The notes beneath the pieces are model-generated. The model worked only from the letters and a program-made list of their open reading frames with translations. It was not told the origin of the DNA and searched no databases. This document shows, piece by piece, positions 12,315 through 24,660 of a stretch of DNA of 63,486 bases. The stretch covers positions 1-63,486 of the forward strand of contig MQRK01246086.1 of assembly GCA_001938485.1 (NCBI GenBank). Direction: 5' to 3'. Source of the stretch: Girardia tigrina. Its lineage: Eukaryota. The translations under genes were made by a program, and so were the position numbers. Position 1 is the stretch's first letter. Every line of letters starts with the position of its first letter.

Positions 12315-13943
12315 ATGGATTATACACCGTGCAAACGAAAAGCTTGGGGAAGAGCATTAGACAAATATTCACCCTCAAAATGCACATTAAACTCTCCCAT
12401 TAACCCAATTTATGCTCACATTAAACAAAAGAATCTTTTAGACGATCCGTTTTTCGAAGGACTTTTATTAGGGACAATGTTGAGCGAAGAAAACTACTAT
12501 TTGAACTCGATCTCAATTGTCCACGAAATGCACAACGATCCCGACCCTTTGATTAAAATGTTTCGAAATTCCTGGTCGAAATCGAATCTCTTCGATCGAT
12601 TAACCAATGTTTACTATTTAGCGGAGGGAACATATGGAAAAGTTTTCGAGGCCACTGATAAATATAGTGATAGGAGATTCGCGATTAAAAGTATCATTCC
12701 AGATGACAAGTCCCAATACGACCATTTGTATTCGTTGTGGAAGATCTTTATGGAAAGAAATATCTTATTATCGTCAAACGATTCACCTTTTATGACTCGA
12801 TTGTTTGCGACATTTCAAGACGTTGATAAAAAATCTTTTTGGATATTTATGGAATATTGCTATTGTACACTTGATGATCTTTTTGGAGTTTTTATAAAAA
12901 GCGATATTAAAGAACGCTGCAGCTCGTTTTTGCAAGGTCTCCCGGTGATTAAGGAGAATTCAGCCGTTGCCTCTCAATATATCGGAATGAGTTATGAAAT
13001 ACTATCGTTCATATACTTCTTCCAACTACTATGTGCTCTTCATTATCTCGCCGATCGACATATTGTTCACGCTGATATTAAATCTGATAATGTTCTCATT
13101 GCGACTAATGGACAAGCGAAATTGAGTGATTTAGGAGCTGCCCAAAGATTCAGGTGGATCGATAAACGATCTGCCTTGCACATAATAAAGGATATTGATA
13201 ATATGAAGAAAGAAGTCGAAGAATATGATTTTCAATTCAAGAGATCGGGAAACACGACTTACTTAGATCCGGAAACTACGATTCGGTTTTATAAACAATT
13301 CGATGAAGAATCATTTTATGAAATTGACAGAACGTTTCCATTAGAAGAACTTTATTCCGATGAAAAGTTAACTAGACAAACATTCTTGACGGATTATTAT
13401 GCAGTTTGTGTTGTGATCTTAGAGATGCTGTTAGGGGGAGTTGTGTTGAGTAGTATATATTACTATGAACCTTTGGAACTTAAAAAATTTCAGTTATCCA
13501 AAAACCATATGAAATATATAAATATCTCGTTGGCATATAATGAAAGGATTTTTAATAAAGTTATCTACGAAAATCTCAAAAAATCCTTTCTTAATCATTC
13601 TCATTTTCAAGTCGCTCAGTTATTGGCTTATGGGTTGCTTGAGCGCAAAATCAGAGGCAGTGGTTATAAACGAGATATCAAGATTTATAGGAATAATCAA
13701 GTAGAAGTAGAACCGGCGATTGATATTAATAAGGTAGAAACATTGCATTTTTTCAAAGAACATCACGTACAAGTAGAAGGTGCCTCATTTCTCATATTTC
13801 CAGAGAGATTTCTAGCGATTTTAAGAAAGATTAACGAAAAAAAAGTATTAAAAAAACCCGTCAATTTAAATGAGCTGACCATTGAAATTCCCGGAATTTC
13901 AATGCCCACAGCCCCCTATACCTATACGACTGAAGATTTTTGA
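12315..13943 (+). CDS. Intronless atypical Ser/Thr protein kinase (non-RD; AGC-like N-lobe), paralog 1
   Basis: 542-aa ORF with AEGTYGKV G-loop, FAIK, ERNIL (alphaC Glu), HADIKSDN catalytic loop, DLG, GNTTYLDPE and DYYAVCVVILEML. Confidence 0.92.
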   Translation: MDYTPCKRKAWGRALDKYSPSKCTLNSPINPIYAHIKQKNLLDDPFFEGLLLGTMLSEENYYLNSISIVHEMHNDPDPLIKMFRNSWSKSNLFDRLTNVYYLAEGTYGKVFEATDKYSDRRFAIKSIIPDDKSQYDHLYSLWKIFMERNILLSSNDSPFMTRLFATFQDVDKKSFWIFMEYCYCTLDDLFGVFIKSDIKERCSSFLQGLPVIKENSAVASQYIGMSYEILSFIYFFQLLCALHYLADRHIVHADIKSDNVLIATNGQAKLSDLGAAQRFRWIDKRSALHIIKDIDNMKKEVEEYDFQFKRSGNTTYLDPETTIRFYKQFDEESFYEIDRTFPLEELYSDEKLTRQTFLTDYYAVCVVILEMLLGGVVLSSIYYYEPLELKKFQLSKNHMKYINISLAYNERIFNKVIYENLKKSFLNHSHFQVAQLLAYGLLERKIRGSGYKRDIKIYRNNQVEVEPAIDINKVETLHFFKEHHVQVEGASFLIFPERFLAILRKINEKKVLKKPVNLNELTIEIPGISMPTAPYTYTTEDF

Positions 13944-14888
13944 ATATTATATATGGGAATTTCGTTTCTTATTTTATTTTCGTAAATTCCTATTTTATTA
14001 ATTCTTGTTTCCTTTAAAGATTTGATTTTATCTTTGAAAATTTATATTCCAAAATCTAAATATATGTTATTAAAACAACCTTTATATTTCTCGAATAAAA
14101 ATTATTACGTAAATATATTTGAACCCCATGTTATTGAAAACCTTTACTTTTATAAAAAATTCTCTGTGTTCGGGTAAAATAGGTTGTGACCGGATAATTC
14201 GTTGCAGCGCATTTTGGTCACAGGACAATTCGTCGCATATATTTGAATTAAAATTATTAACGACTAATGTAGATATTTTTTACAATCGACGATCCTGATC
14301 ACGATATTTCTTTTTTCTCAAAGGAGGATCTTCACCTGCAATCATATGTTATGAACCACATCGTCGAAAAATTTTTATTTTTATTTTTATTGTTTTTATT
14401 TTATTGTTTTTCTCAGAACCATTCGAAATTTGAATTCACCGTTATTGCTTCCCGTTGCCATAGTTTTTCTCTGTTGCTTATTTTACAATTCTACGGATTT
14501 AATTTACATGTTATTTTATGTGTTGCGTAATTTACTAATAGGTATATTAAATTCGAGTGAACACTTTAAAAAAACCATTGGACGATAATTTATAATTATT
14601 CGAATATAAAATTATTAGAAATTTATTTGTTAAGATTGTTAACAAAATTTTATAAAATATAAAATTAAATTATATAAGTTTTTTTAATTTTTAGAACAAT
14701 CCTAAAATAATAATTAATATTTGGAATATGCATTCTCTGGTTTATTTTCTATTAAATCAATTAAAATAAAAACTTTATATTATTACTATTCATTAATTGT
14801 AAAATTAAGTAAGTATATCTACTTCAAATTTTGATTATAATGTTAGGAAAAAATATAGAAATATTAAACTTTTTACAGAATATTTGGA

Positions 14889-15748
14889 ATGGAACCGAAA
14901 TCCAAAAAAGCGAAAAGTCTCCCATGTTCATGGGAGGAAACATATGGGTGTGTTAAAATAGGTGCAAGTGCTGTGTGCACATTATGTACTGAATCTATAA
15001 CTGCAAGAACATATAATATTGAACGTCATTTCCAAACCAAACACAAAAATTCATTGAGTACAATGCAGGAAGACGAAAAATTAGAACATATAAAAAATGT
15101 GTGATGCAATATGGTCAACAAAAGAATTCATTACAGCAGTTCGTAATTAAACATCAGCAATCAACGAAGTCGAGATTTATTGCTTCGCTTAACATAGCTA
15201 AGTACGGAAAACCTTTTTTGGATGGTGAGTTTTTAAAAAATACATTTTTAGAATGTGCGGATTCACTTTTTGATGACTACAAAATCAAAAATGATATACT
15301 TAAACGTATAAAAGAAATGCCTTTATTAGCTAGAACTGTTCAACGTCGTATTGAAGAGATGTCAAAAGATGTTGATATGCAAGTCAAAGATCATCTATTA
15401 AATTGTGATGTTGTTAGCTTCGCTATTGATGAAAGCACAGATATTAATAATATTGCTAGGTTGGCCATAGTTGCCCGATATGGATTCATCAATTCTCCAG
15501 ATATACATGAAGAACTTTGTGAACTTGCACCTATGACAGGTACCATGAAAGGGGTTGATATTTTTGAAAAATTAATGTCGTTTATTAATTTTAAAAACGG
15601 AAAATCCTTAGATTAAAAAAAAACTTTTCTCAGTTACTACTGATGGCGCACCAGCAATGTTGGTTTTGTAAAATTATTGGAAAACTGGCTTGAACGTCCA
15701 CTTTTATCATTTTATTGCGTCATTCATGAAGAGAGTTTATGCGCAAAA
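14889..15748 (+). mobile_element. hAT (Buster/Charlie/SPIN, GTF2IRD2-like) transposase, frameshifted and 3'-truncated
   Basis: BED-like CTLC..RHFQTKH, KPFLDGEFLK, FAIDESTDI, VTTDGAPAM and CVIHEESLCAK motifs. Confidence 0.88.
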
Positions 15749-16189
15749 GCAAAAAAAAGAAATTGAGATGAAGCTTTATTCCAGTAGGATGGAATCGTTT
15801 TTGATATTTGAAAATTATGTCCGATCGTTTTCGTGGGATAGACTCCATCCGTTTAAAGGTCGAATGGTCGCAAGAGCGAGCGAAAGTATCGATCAAATTA
15901 GAGACTACATTGGCATCGTGACGAATCGGATTAGTCATTTAAGAGGTGTCAAAATTAAAGGCTTAAAATACTCGAATAGTTACTCTAGCGAACAATTGAA
16001 CCACTTGATTCAACAATTATCGCTCATCGAAACGACGGAAATAAATTCGGTAAATGCGGTTTTAACGTGGATAATGTGCGACGGACGCGAATTTGTGATG
16101 CAGAATCAAAGACTCAATCATATTGTGAAAACAGATAAATGTATGTTACATATATATATATATATTCTAACATATATATTAGTAAATGT

Positions 16190-16365
16190 ATAAATGATAA
16201 TAATAATGAAAATAATAATAAAAATAATAGTAAAAATATTAATAAAAATAATAAAATTAAAAATATTAACAGTGAAAATAAGGATGATAAAAATAAAAAT
16301 ATTGACAAAAATAAAAATAGAAGTTCTACCAAAAATATAGATGATAATAATAATAAATTAGATAA
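16190..16365 (+). repeat. Degenerate (AAT/GAT)n low-complexity tract
   Basis: aataataatgaaaataataataaaaataatagt...; explains the spurious Asn-rich and Leu-rich ORFs. Confidence 0.8.
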
Positions 16366-16599
16366 CGACGCAATCGAACCCACTCCCATCCCCTTGATGA
16401 CCCGCGGGAGGTCAAGATATGATATAAGCTTCCACTGCGCTGCTACCGCAACAATGACTCTAAATGTGATTGTAATAAACATTCAAACGAGACTTGTTTA
16501 AATGTTCTTAATACATAAAGAATAGATGTGAAAAATTTTTTTGATTTAGTAGTTCAAAAGATGTACTAGTGAATTTATACCAGTCATAATACAATATTT

Positions 16600-17200
16600 C
16601 GTTCTGCTAGTAATATAATCGTTAAAAACACTTTGGTATTCCTTAAATTATTGAAGCATTCCATGTGTGCGAAATGGGTAAATCCCAAAATCTTGAGAGT
16701 CAAAACCCATCTGTGATTATGATAGATCTAGAACTTGTGGCAGTATGTGCAGTTTGAGTTGAATTTCCAAAAGCTCAAAATAAAATACGTTTTTTTCGTT
16801 TCTGTCAATACTTTTGGAAAAAAAATTCAAAGTATCTGCTTAGCGTCTAAATATGGAGTTCATGAAAGTTTCAGTGTCAGTGTCAAACAATTTTACACCT
16901 TAGCATTTAACCTACCTCCAGAAATACCTGAAGCATTCGAAGTGTTAAAACATCATATTCACCCTGATGCTAAAGAGTTGGTAAGACGATTTGAGGAAAA
17001 TTATGCACTTGAACGAGTTAAAATACTTCCTCGGGATGGTGTTGAAATTAGATCAACTCCTTTATTTTCTTTATTTATGTGGTGTGTATTTGATTTAATT
17101 CATCAAGGTATTCCAAAAACACAGAATATCGTCGAGGCTTGGCACTGAAGACAGGAATTTGTTATTGGGCGATCTCATATCGGAATTTTTGTGTCATAAG
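16600..17200 (+). mobile_element. MULE/Mutator transposase C-terminal remnant, copy 1
   Basis: IMIDLELVA..EFPKAQ..FFRFCQ; LAFNLPPEIPEAFE..FEENY..WCVFD..PKTQNIVEAWH. Confidence 0.75.
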
Positions 17201-17678
17201 AGTTTTTTTTCCTTTTCTTCATCTCCGTTTGCAAACAAATGATCTGTCTTGTTATTTTGATGCAAGACAGGAAGATATATTTAAAACGCCTACTTATAAA
17301 TTATAAGTAGTTTATATTATTTTTTATTGTTTTTTTTGAAATTATGTTTTCTTTAATTGGCAAAATAAAGTTCTGTCTGCATAAAATAAATTTTCCTTGT
17401 GCTCATATCCCTTTTCAAACAAATGATATTTCTTTTTTGTTATCTTGGTGTAAAACAAAAAGATGCACGAATGTTTAAAAATGGAAGGAAAGTGCACAAA
17501 ATTCAATTCAAAAGTGAAATTAATCAAAATTCAGTGAAATAATAAAACAATATTTTCATATAAAAAATTTAGAAACCATGCCTTTCTTTTCCATTGTTTT
17601 CAACACTTACAAATGTTAGTGTAAATAGATTTATTAGCATCAAGATAACAAAATGTATTTTTTTTATTTATTAATTTT

Positions 17679-17975
17679 GGTACTTGTCTTTTTTTCAAGT
17701 ATAGGTGAAAAAGAAGACTGATTTTTAACTAAAAATTCGGTTTAAAAAATATAGGGGAAAAGAACTGTTGGAGGTAGGGTTAGGGAGGTTTAAGGTTTTT
17801 TGAATTGTTGACACCACGACTTCACCGGCAAATTATTATGTTGAACTTCTTGAAAATCGCAGTAATGAATGGAGAGCATATCAGCAAATTAAACAAGTCT
17901 GTTTTTTGTTAATCAAAAAAAAGTGAAGTAGGTGGGAAAGACTATTTTATAGTATGGGGAAAAAAGACAAGGTCC
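17679..17975. mobile_element. Merlin-like MITE
   Basis: Imperfect TIRs ggtacttgtcttttttt / gaaaaaagacaaggtcc; flanked by near-duplicated 8-mers ttaatttt / taaatttt. Confidence 0.5.
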
Positions 17976-18154
17976 TAAATTTTTAATATTTATTTATATA
18001 AATTTGAAGTAGAGGTATCACATATTTGTGAAACACTTGTATACATGCTACGTCATTACAACTGCATCATGATATTAATTTTCTTTCACATGACACACGA
18101 TTCGTACCATATAAATTTGAATAGAAATATTAGTAAGCCGTCTAACGGAGTTTA

Positions 18155-18292
18155 AGGGTGTTTGGGGAAGTCGGTGTCGTAGTCTAAATCAGAGTCACGG
18201 AACTCGACTCCGATAAAATTAATTAGAAATATTAAAAATTGACCTAAAAAGGAGTCGAAATCGGACAATTTTAGTCCGACTCCGCAGCCCTG
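18155..18292. mobile_element. hAT-type MITE terminus with GGAGTCG subterminal repeats
   Basis: Ends ccgactccgcagccctg (reverse complement CAGGGCTGCGGAGTCGG); related copy at ~35335-35480. Confidence 0.6.
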
Positions 18293-20413
18293 GTTTTGAT
18301 GGAAGCCGATCGATCTTGATGTAATTGTGATTCTTTAGTTCATTTTTCATCATTGGAGCGGAGAATTGCCAATTTGACCGAACATTTTTGCCAGTTTCAG
18401 AAATTAAAATAATTAATTAAAATTAAAAAATTAAATGAATAAATAATTAAATAAAAAAATAATTAACTTAAATAATCGATGAAAATTCCAAAAAAATATT
18501 TGTTGTCGATTCCTTGATGCAATTTTAACCGACAATTTAGCGAAACGTTTATTTAATTTTAATAAATAAACTCATTTGCCGAAACAAAGACAAACATTAT
18601 TTTGATTATATAATTTGAACTGTCGAAATCGAAAATGTAAATTATCAAATTGTGAGCCTCTTTTTTTGGCATTGTAATTAAACTTTCTTTGCCAATGTAA
18701 GTATGTCTTTTTTGTTTGTATGAATCTGATTGAATGATTGCATGTATGTGTTAATATGTGATTATGTAATTCGAATGATGTGTATAATGAAATAAAAATG
18801 ATTGGTTTAAATGTGTATTTTTTATGTGTGTTAATTTTGCGGATTGTTATCACAAGTTTTAAATCAATTTTTTTAAAAAGGAGTCACAATTTTTCAATTC
18901 AATTTAAAAGAGAATTTTGTAAAATAAAAAAAGTTTCAAATAAAAGTTCTTGATTCGAATTTGAATAAAATAATTTTATGGTGATTTAAATATATGGAAA
19001 TAAATTGACAAAATAATGAAAATGTGGGAAAAACTCGGACGTGAAGTTAAAGTTCAACATAAAGATGAACAACTGAAAGTCATTTGTCCAGCCAATTTAA
19101 AATTGGTGCCTGAATTCATCATAACATCGATAACGAGTGCGCTATCACTCGAAGTTTTCCCGGCAGATAAAGATGCGTGTCATCATTTTCTCGGTTGGAA
19201 TATCGCCACATTTGAATTGCGTAAACGAAATGGGATTCCGCTGAATATTTTGTTCAATAAAATGAAAAGCACTTTTCAACCGACATGCACAATGAAAAAC
19301 AATTCTTCTCTTTCTAAAATATCGCGGAGACACGGCTTCCTGTCCAATCATCATTTACATTTCCTTTCGTTAACGAAAATTAAATTAATTTTCCTCCGTC
19401 TTTATTTAATTAATATCAAATTTCAGAAAACATTTTGTTGATTTACTTTTATGAAATCAGAATTAACATTTTTAAAATAATTTTAATTAAAATTAATTTT
19501 ATTAATTCGTGTTTTCAACGCTGACATGTTACTATAAATAGATTTATTTGCAGCCAGATAACAATATCCTTTGATTGCACACGCATATGAAGGCAATGAA
19601 AATAACAAATGTTGTCTATATACACCAAAATCATTTGTAAACACCATGGAAAATGGAGGCGAGGTTTTTTTAAAAAATTTTATACTTGTTTTAATTTATG
19701 TTAATTTCTTTTATTATATTTGGTTACGCGATTTTTTGACGATGTTTTGGCCTGCTGTTTGGTTATTGACAGATTTGTCCATTGAAAGATGAATTGCGAG
19801 TAAAACAATTTAGTATCAACAATCAATGTTAGAAATTCAAAAACGAGCGGAAATTAATCGATAAAGTAAAGAAAATGTCAACTTTGGAAATTCCATATAA
19901 TTCGAAGAACAAGTAGAGAAGAGAAATGCTAATGAAACATCCAAAACAGAATTATATAATAATAAAAATAAAGTCGCAGCTGGGACAGTCCATCAGTAAC
20001 ACGTCGACACCGCCTTCTCGACACAATCTATAATTCACCTTCGCAGAACAATTTCTGTTCAAATGTTCATCGAGACCGTTAGCGATGTTGTCTCTAACAT
20101 TTGTTAAAGTCAAACAATCATTCTAATCAAATACACATCAAATCGATCGTTCAGACAAACAACCCTCACCTCCGTATTAACGATTATGCCACAGTTGCAT
20201 TTGATCAGATTGTGTTCCAAAAACAAAAAATTCCTGAAATTCAAAATCATATTGAACACACAAAAAACAAATTAATCAATATCATACACATAATTTTAGA
20301 GACAGAAATATATATTAAAAATAATCTATTATATTCAAAAAATTAAAAAATGGTGACAACTTATTTTTAAAATCAAAAGTACGCCATTTGTTAAATAGAC
20401 ATTTATTTTTCAT

Positions 20414-20453
20414 GACAATTAATTTCGACGGTATAACCGTCATCGTCAGGTCT
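20414..20453 (-). ncRNA. Minimal type I hammerhead ribozyme motif (Penelope pseudo-LTR)
   Basis: Minus strand reads GAC-CUGACGA-U-GACGG uuaua CCGUC-GAAA-UUAAUU-GUC. Confidence 0.75.
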
Positions 20454-20619
20454 CAAGAAAAAAAAGAATTTTAAGTCTGCTTATTATAGTGATTATGTCA
20501 TCTAAACACGCTCTATTCCATTCGCTCTAATCAATTCTATTCATGTCTCTATCTATTCAACGTGTTTCCTTCTAATCCACAGAATTACTTTGATATCAAA
20601 ACAAGAATTAAAGAATAAA

Positions 20620-21075
20620 GAGCATAAGGGTAAAGATAAATTAAGCCTGATACATTATCTTATCGTTCCTTATTGAGAAATTCCTTATTAGGTTACAAAA
20701 ATTTTAAATCGTCTATTTTAACATCAATCGATAATAAAAATGTGAATTTAAAAATCATTTCTAAATCATACAAAATTCAAAGAATGTTCAGCAATAAATC
20801 TCGTACTCCTTTGAGTTTATGTTCCAATCTGGTTTATGAATTTTCGTGTAATGGGTGCATCACTACATACATTGAAGAGACATCTCGTCATCTCTGTAAA
20901 CGGATTCAGGAGCAAGGACGATTGGGTAATGGGAGTAATATTGCTGGACACATGAGAACAACTAATTTTAAAAATTATTGGGAAAGAGTTACTGTGAGGC
21001 ATTATTGATTAAATCACTTAATCCGTCCATTAATGTCCAAACAGGTCTCTTCCACTTTGTTGGAAATATTTAATT
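20620..21075 (+). mobile_element. Penelope-like retroelement 3' fragment (GIY-YIG endonuclease)
   Basis: SNLVYEFSCNGCITTYIEETSRHLCKRIQE..SNIAGH..EALLIKSLNPSINVQ; same family as 26235-27187. Confidence 0.85.
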
Positions 21076-21130
21076 AGTTATTATGCAAGATGGTTACATA
21101 ATCATAAGGCGGCATAAGCGCTGCTTGCAA

Positions 21131-21810
21131 TATATATTATAAAAGCCCAAGTCACTCACTGCTTCACTAACGCTGACGTAATAATCAACTGTGCATTACG
21201 TTGACATTAAGAATGCAATTTGTTAACCTGATAAATGAAATATGTTGACATGATGGATGCATGACGATATCACCTTGGATACGGTCATGTTTTGAGTGGT
21301 TGATACGATATTGGTTGATAACATAGCACAATATCATAATATAATACATATCTATAATATAATATATGCATACATAATGTGTATAATATGATGATTTTGA
21401 TGGTTTTTGCCTAGGCTGAAGTAAATTTGACAGAATAGATTTTATTGANNNNNNNNNNNNNNNNNNNNNNNNNNNNNNNNNNNNNNNNNNNNNNNNNNNN
21501 NNNNNNNNNNNNNNNNNNNNNNNNNNNNNNNNNNNNNNNNNNNNNNNNNNNNNNNNNNNNNNNNNNNNNNNNNNNNNNNNNNNNNNNNNNNNNNNNNNNN
21601 NNNNNNNNNNNNNNNNNNNNNNNNNNNNNNNNNNNNNNNNNNNNNNNNNNNNNNNNNNNNNNNNNNNNNNNNNNNNNNNNNNNNNNNNNNNNNNNACCTT
21701 ACAGCATTAGTGAGGCAGTGAGGCAGGCAGTGAGTGACTTGGGCTTTTATAAGATAAAAAAAATTGAACCCCCGGCAAGAGAGGGCCGCGAAGCGGGCCG
21801 AGCGCGCTAG
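21131..21810 (+). mobile_element. Non-autonomous Helitron(s): inverted 5'-end copies and a 3' hairpin-CTAG terminus
   Basis: ttataaaagcccaagtcactcactgc at ~21137, with its reverse complement at ~21702-21753 across the gap; GC hairpin ggccgcgaagcgggcc followed by CTAG|T at 21807-21811. Confidence 0.6.
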
Positions 21811-21837
21811 TATATATTATAAAATAATAAATAATTA

Positions 21838-23546
21838 CCGTATCTATCGGACTATAAACCGCGGCTTATATGAAAAAAAGTAGGAAAATTAATCAATTGG
21901 TTACACTCATGCGCGTGTGCGACTTATATAAAAACAAAACCGAATAATTTTATGTTAGGATTGTTCGATCTCCTCGATTCCACCACAATCTTCATCATCT
22001 ATTATTGCAAATGTTTCGAAAATGTGCAAAAATTCCGTTTGGATTTCTTGTGAATCGTTATCCCCACTCCAGTCTCAATGTCTCAATCATCATCAGTTTG
22101 AATCCCGCTTTCTTAAATCCATTTTAATACACTGTGGAGTGAGATCTTCACAGCCTTCGACAATCCAATCGCGTATTTCTGAATATGTCGCTCTTTTGAG
22201 TCTCCCCGTTTTGTTGTCAATGTGACAACCATTGGTAATCGATAGGGTGTGGCACGAAGCACTATGGCACACAATGAATAAACACAACATGGGAAAACAT
22301 ATCACGAGTATTATTACGAGTCTTTACGAAGACGCAAAGACAAAAGTGTTGACAAGTGAGCAATTTAGCGAGGAGTAAGACAAGGTTGCATTCTTTCACC
22401 AACACTGTTCAACCTTTTCCTTAACAGAATTGTTATGGAAGCAATAGACGCTCTAGACGATGTTGGAATAAGCCGCGGAGGAACGAGAATAACCAATCTA
22501 CGATTTACTGACGACAGAGACCTAATCGGCAAAGATGAGGCGGAGAATGGAATTTTTTTCGGAATGGAAATCAACAGACAAAAAAGCAAAGTAATGGTTT
22601 CAGGAAACTATAACTACGAGGTTAAACTGGAGATTTTCACTGAAGGGGAAAAGCTGGAACAAGTAAGGAATTTCAAATACTTAGGCTCTACTATCACAGA
22701 GAATGGGGGAAGCGAAGAAGAAATCAGAAGCCGGATTGGTATATCAACAAGCGCAATGATTATGCTTAGCACAGTGTTTAACCTCAAAGAAATCCATCTC
22801 AAGAGCAGATTGAAGATCACTAAGGCTATTGTCTGGGCAACACTCCTCTATGGATGCGAGAGTCGGACAATAAATCAGAAGAGCATGGATAGGCTTAAAG
22901 CGTTTGTAATGAAGTACTACAGGAGAATGCTGAAGATCACGTGGAAAGAAAAGAAGACAAACGACTTTGTCTGGAGGAGAGTGACAGAAATACTAGGTAA
23001 AATACCGGAGTCAATAGAAAAGGCCATCAAGAGAAGGACATCAAATAAGAAAACAAGTACTAGCAAAGGTTATGATTGAGGGAAGAGTGGAAGGAGAAAG
23101 ACCAAAGAGGTAATCGATGGACGATTTAAAAGAATGGACTGGACTGAGTATGGAATGTCTGAGAAAAGAATCTGCAAATAGAGAGATGTGGCGAAGGCTT
23201 GTTTATAATTGGATGCACCCACGGCCCAACGGCTGAGGCCAAAAGAAGAAGAGAAGTTCTGTTGTCAATGTGACAACCATTGGTAATCAATTTTCCCAAT
23301 GTCTCTTTGGCTGAGATTTGGACGATTTGATAACTGATAGATCGAGTGGTTGAAGGCTGCCAGTTCAGAATATTTCTGACTTCATCTTCAACGTCCTCGG
23401 TAAGATGACATCCAGCAGAATCGTGTGTCAAAAGTGATTTTGGCTTAAGAAAGGAATCAATAATTTTCATCCATATTTTTAAAATGAGTTTGTGATTCAA
23501 GTGTCACAGAAATACGCGAGTGCGACTGATAGTGCGATAGATACGG
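21838..23546 (-). mobile_element. pogo/Tigger-like DNA transposon (internally deleted), interrupted by a LINE
   Basis: TA|CCGTATCTATCGGACTAT ... ATAGTGCGATAGATACGG|TA TIRs; DDE_1-like LLTHDSAGCHLTEDV and GRLKRATYSEIRDWIVEG on the minus strand. Confidence 0.85.
22241..23255 (+). mobile_element. 5'-truncated RTE-clade LINE (RT and 3' end)
   Basis: GVRQGCILSPTLFNL, NLRFTDD, FKYLGS, LLYGCES; (GAA)-like tail aaaagaagaagagaa; ~33-bp target-site duplication 22208-22240 / 23256-23288. Confidence 0.88.
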
Positions 23547-23852
23547 TAGTGATGGAATCATCATTGAGTCCTGATTAAATATGACAGTCAAATATTGTCA
23601 CTCCCCCAATCGCCAATAGAATCAAGTAATTATAATCGATTTACTTGTTGCAAAAAGGACACAGAACGCCGTTTATCGGCTCACTGTCGCCGATGAAGCT
23701 CGAACTGTATCGGTCCTCCAACTCTAGAACACTCAAATAATCTCTGCCCCCACAAATCCGGCAGTATTTGGTTATCGGCCCCGCCAGTCTGCCAGTGGAG
23801 ATCGAATAATTTATACATCCCGATAGAAGAATATCGATTTTGATTTTCGGAA

Positions 23853-24660
23853 CAATATTTGGTAACACTTCCATACGAGCCGCCACAAATTTTTTTTTAA
23901 AAATGAAAATTTACCTAATTTGGGTACGACTGTTATACTGCCCCCCATATATTATGTAATCGGTGAAGATTTATATATTCTTTAAGATTAATTATTTATT
24001 TAATTACTTCATTTAATAAATTAATAATAATTAATTTAATTTATTTAAATTAATTAATTAATTTAATTCCTCGAATAAATAAATTTTAATTAATTATTTA
24101 TATTTTTTGTAATTTAATTTAATAATTATTTTATTCTTTAAGATTAATTATTAATTTAATTACTTTATTTATTAAATTAATAATAATTAATTTAATTTAT
24201 TTTAATTAATTAATTTAATTCATTGAATAAATAAATTAGTGAATCAATAAATCAATTATTACATAAATGAATAAAAAGTAAATAAAGTAAAGAATAAATT
24301 AATTATTGAATGAATAAATTATTTAATTTATTATATTAAATTTGATTGAATTTTAATTAATAATTAATTATTTCATTTTTGATTAATTAATTAACAATTT
24401 TATTCATCCATTAAACCACCTATTCTTCTAATTCGAAACGAAATTATAGAACCTGTACAGATTACATAATATATGGGGGGCAGTATAACATTCGTTCCCT
24501 AAATTTTTACACGCTAATATCTCAGGAAGGAAGCAAAATGGCAAGAAGCTCCCAGAAGGAAAAATGTTCCAAATTAGGTAAATTTTCATTTCTAAAAAAA
24601 TATTTGTGGTGGCTTAATCGGAACTTAACTTAATCGGTACGGAAGTGTTACCAAATATTT
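23853..24660. repeat. Fold-back inverted repeat around an almost pure A/T core
   Basis: aatatttggtaacacttcc..aaatgaaaatttacctaatttgg..tgttatactgccccccatatattatgtaatc (23853-23961) is mirrored at 24460-24660. Confidence 0.8.

Noticed and set aside
16114-16501. 122-aa hydrophobic and 120-aa Asn-rich ORFs
   Set aside because: Translations of a low-complexity AAT repeat
21445-21810. 121-aa ORF
   Set aside because: Mostly N-gap
23641-23886. 81-aa ORF with CxxC..CxxC
   Set aside because: Non-ATG start, overlaps a repeat arm, no recognisable family
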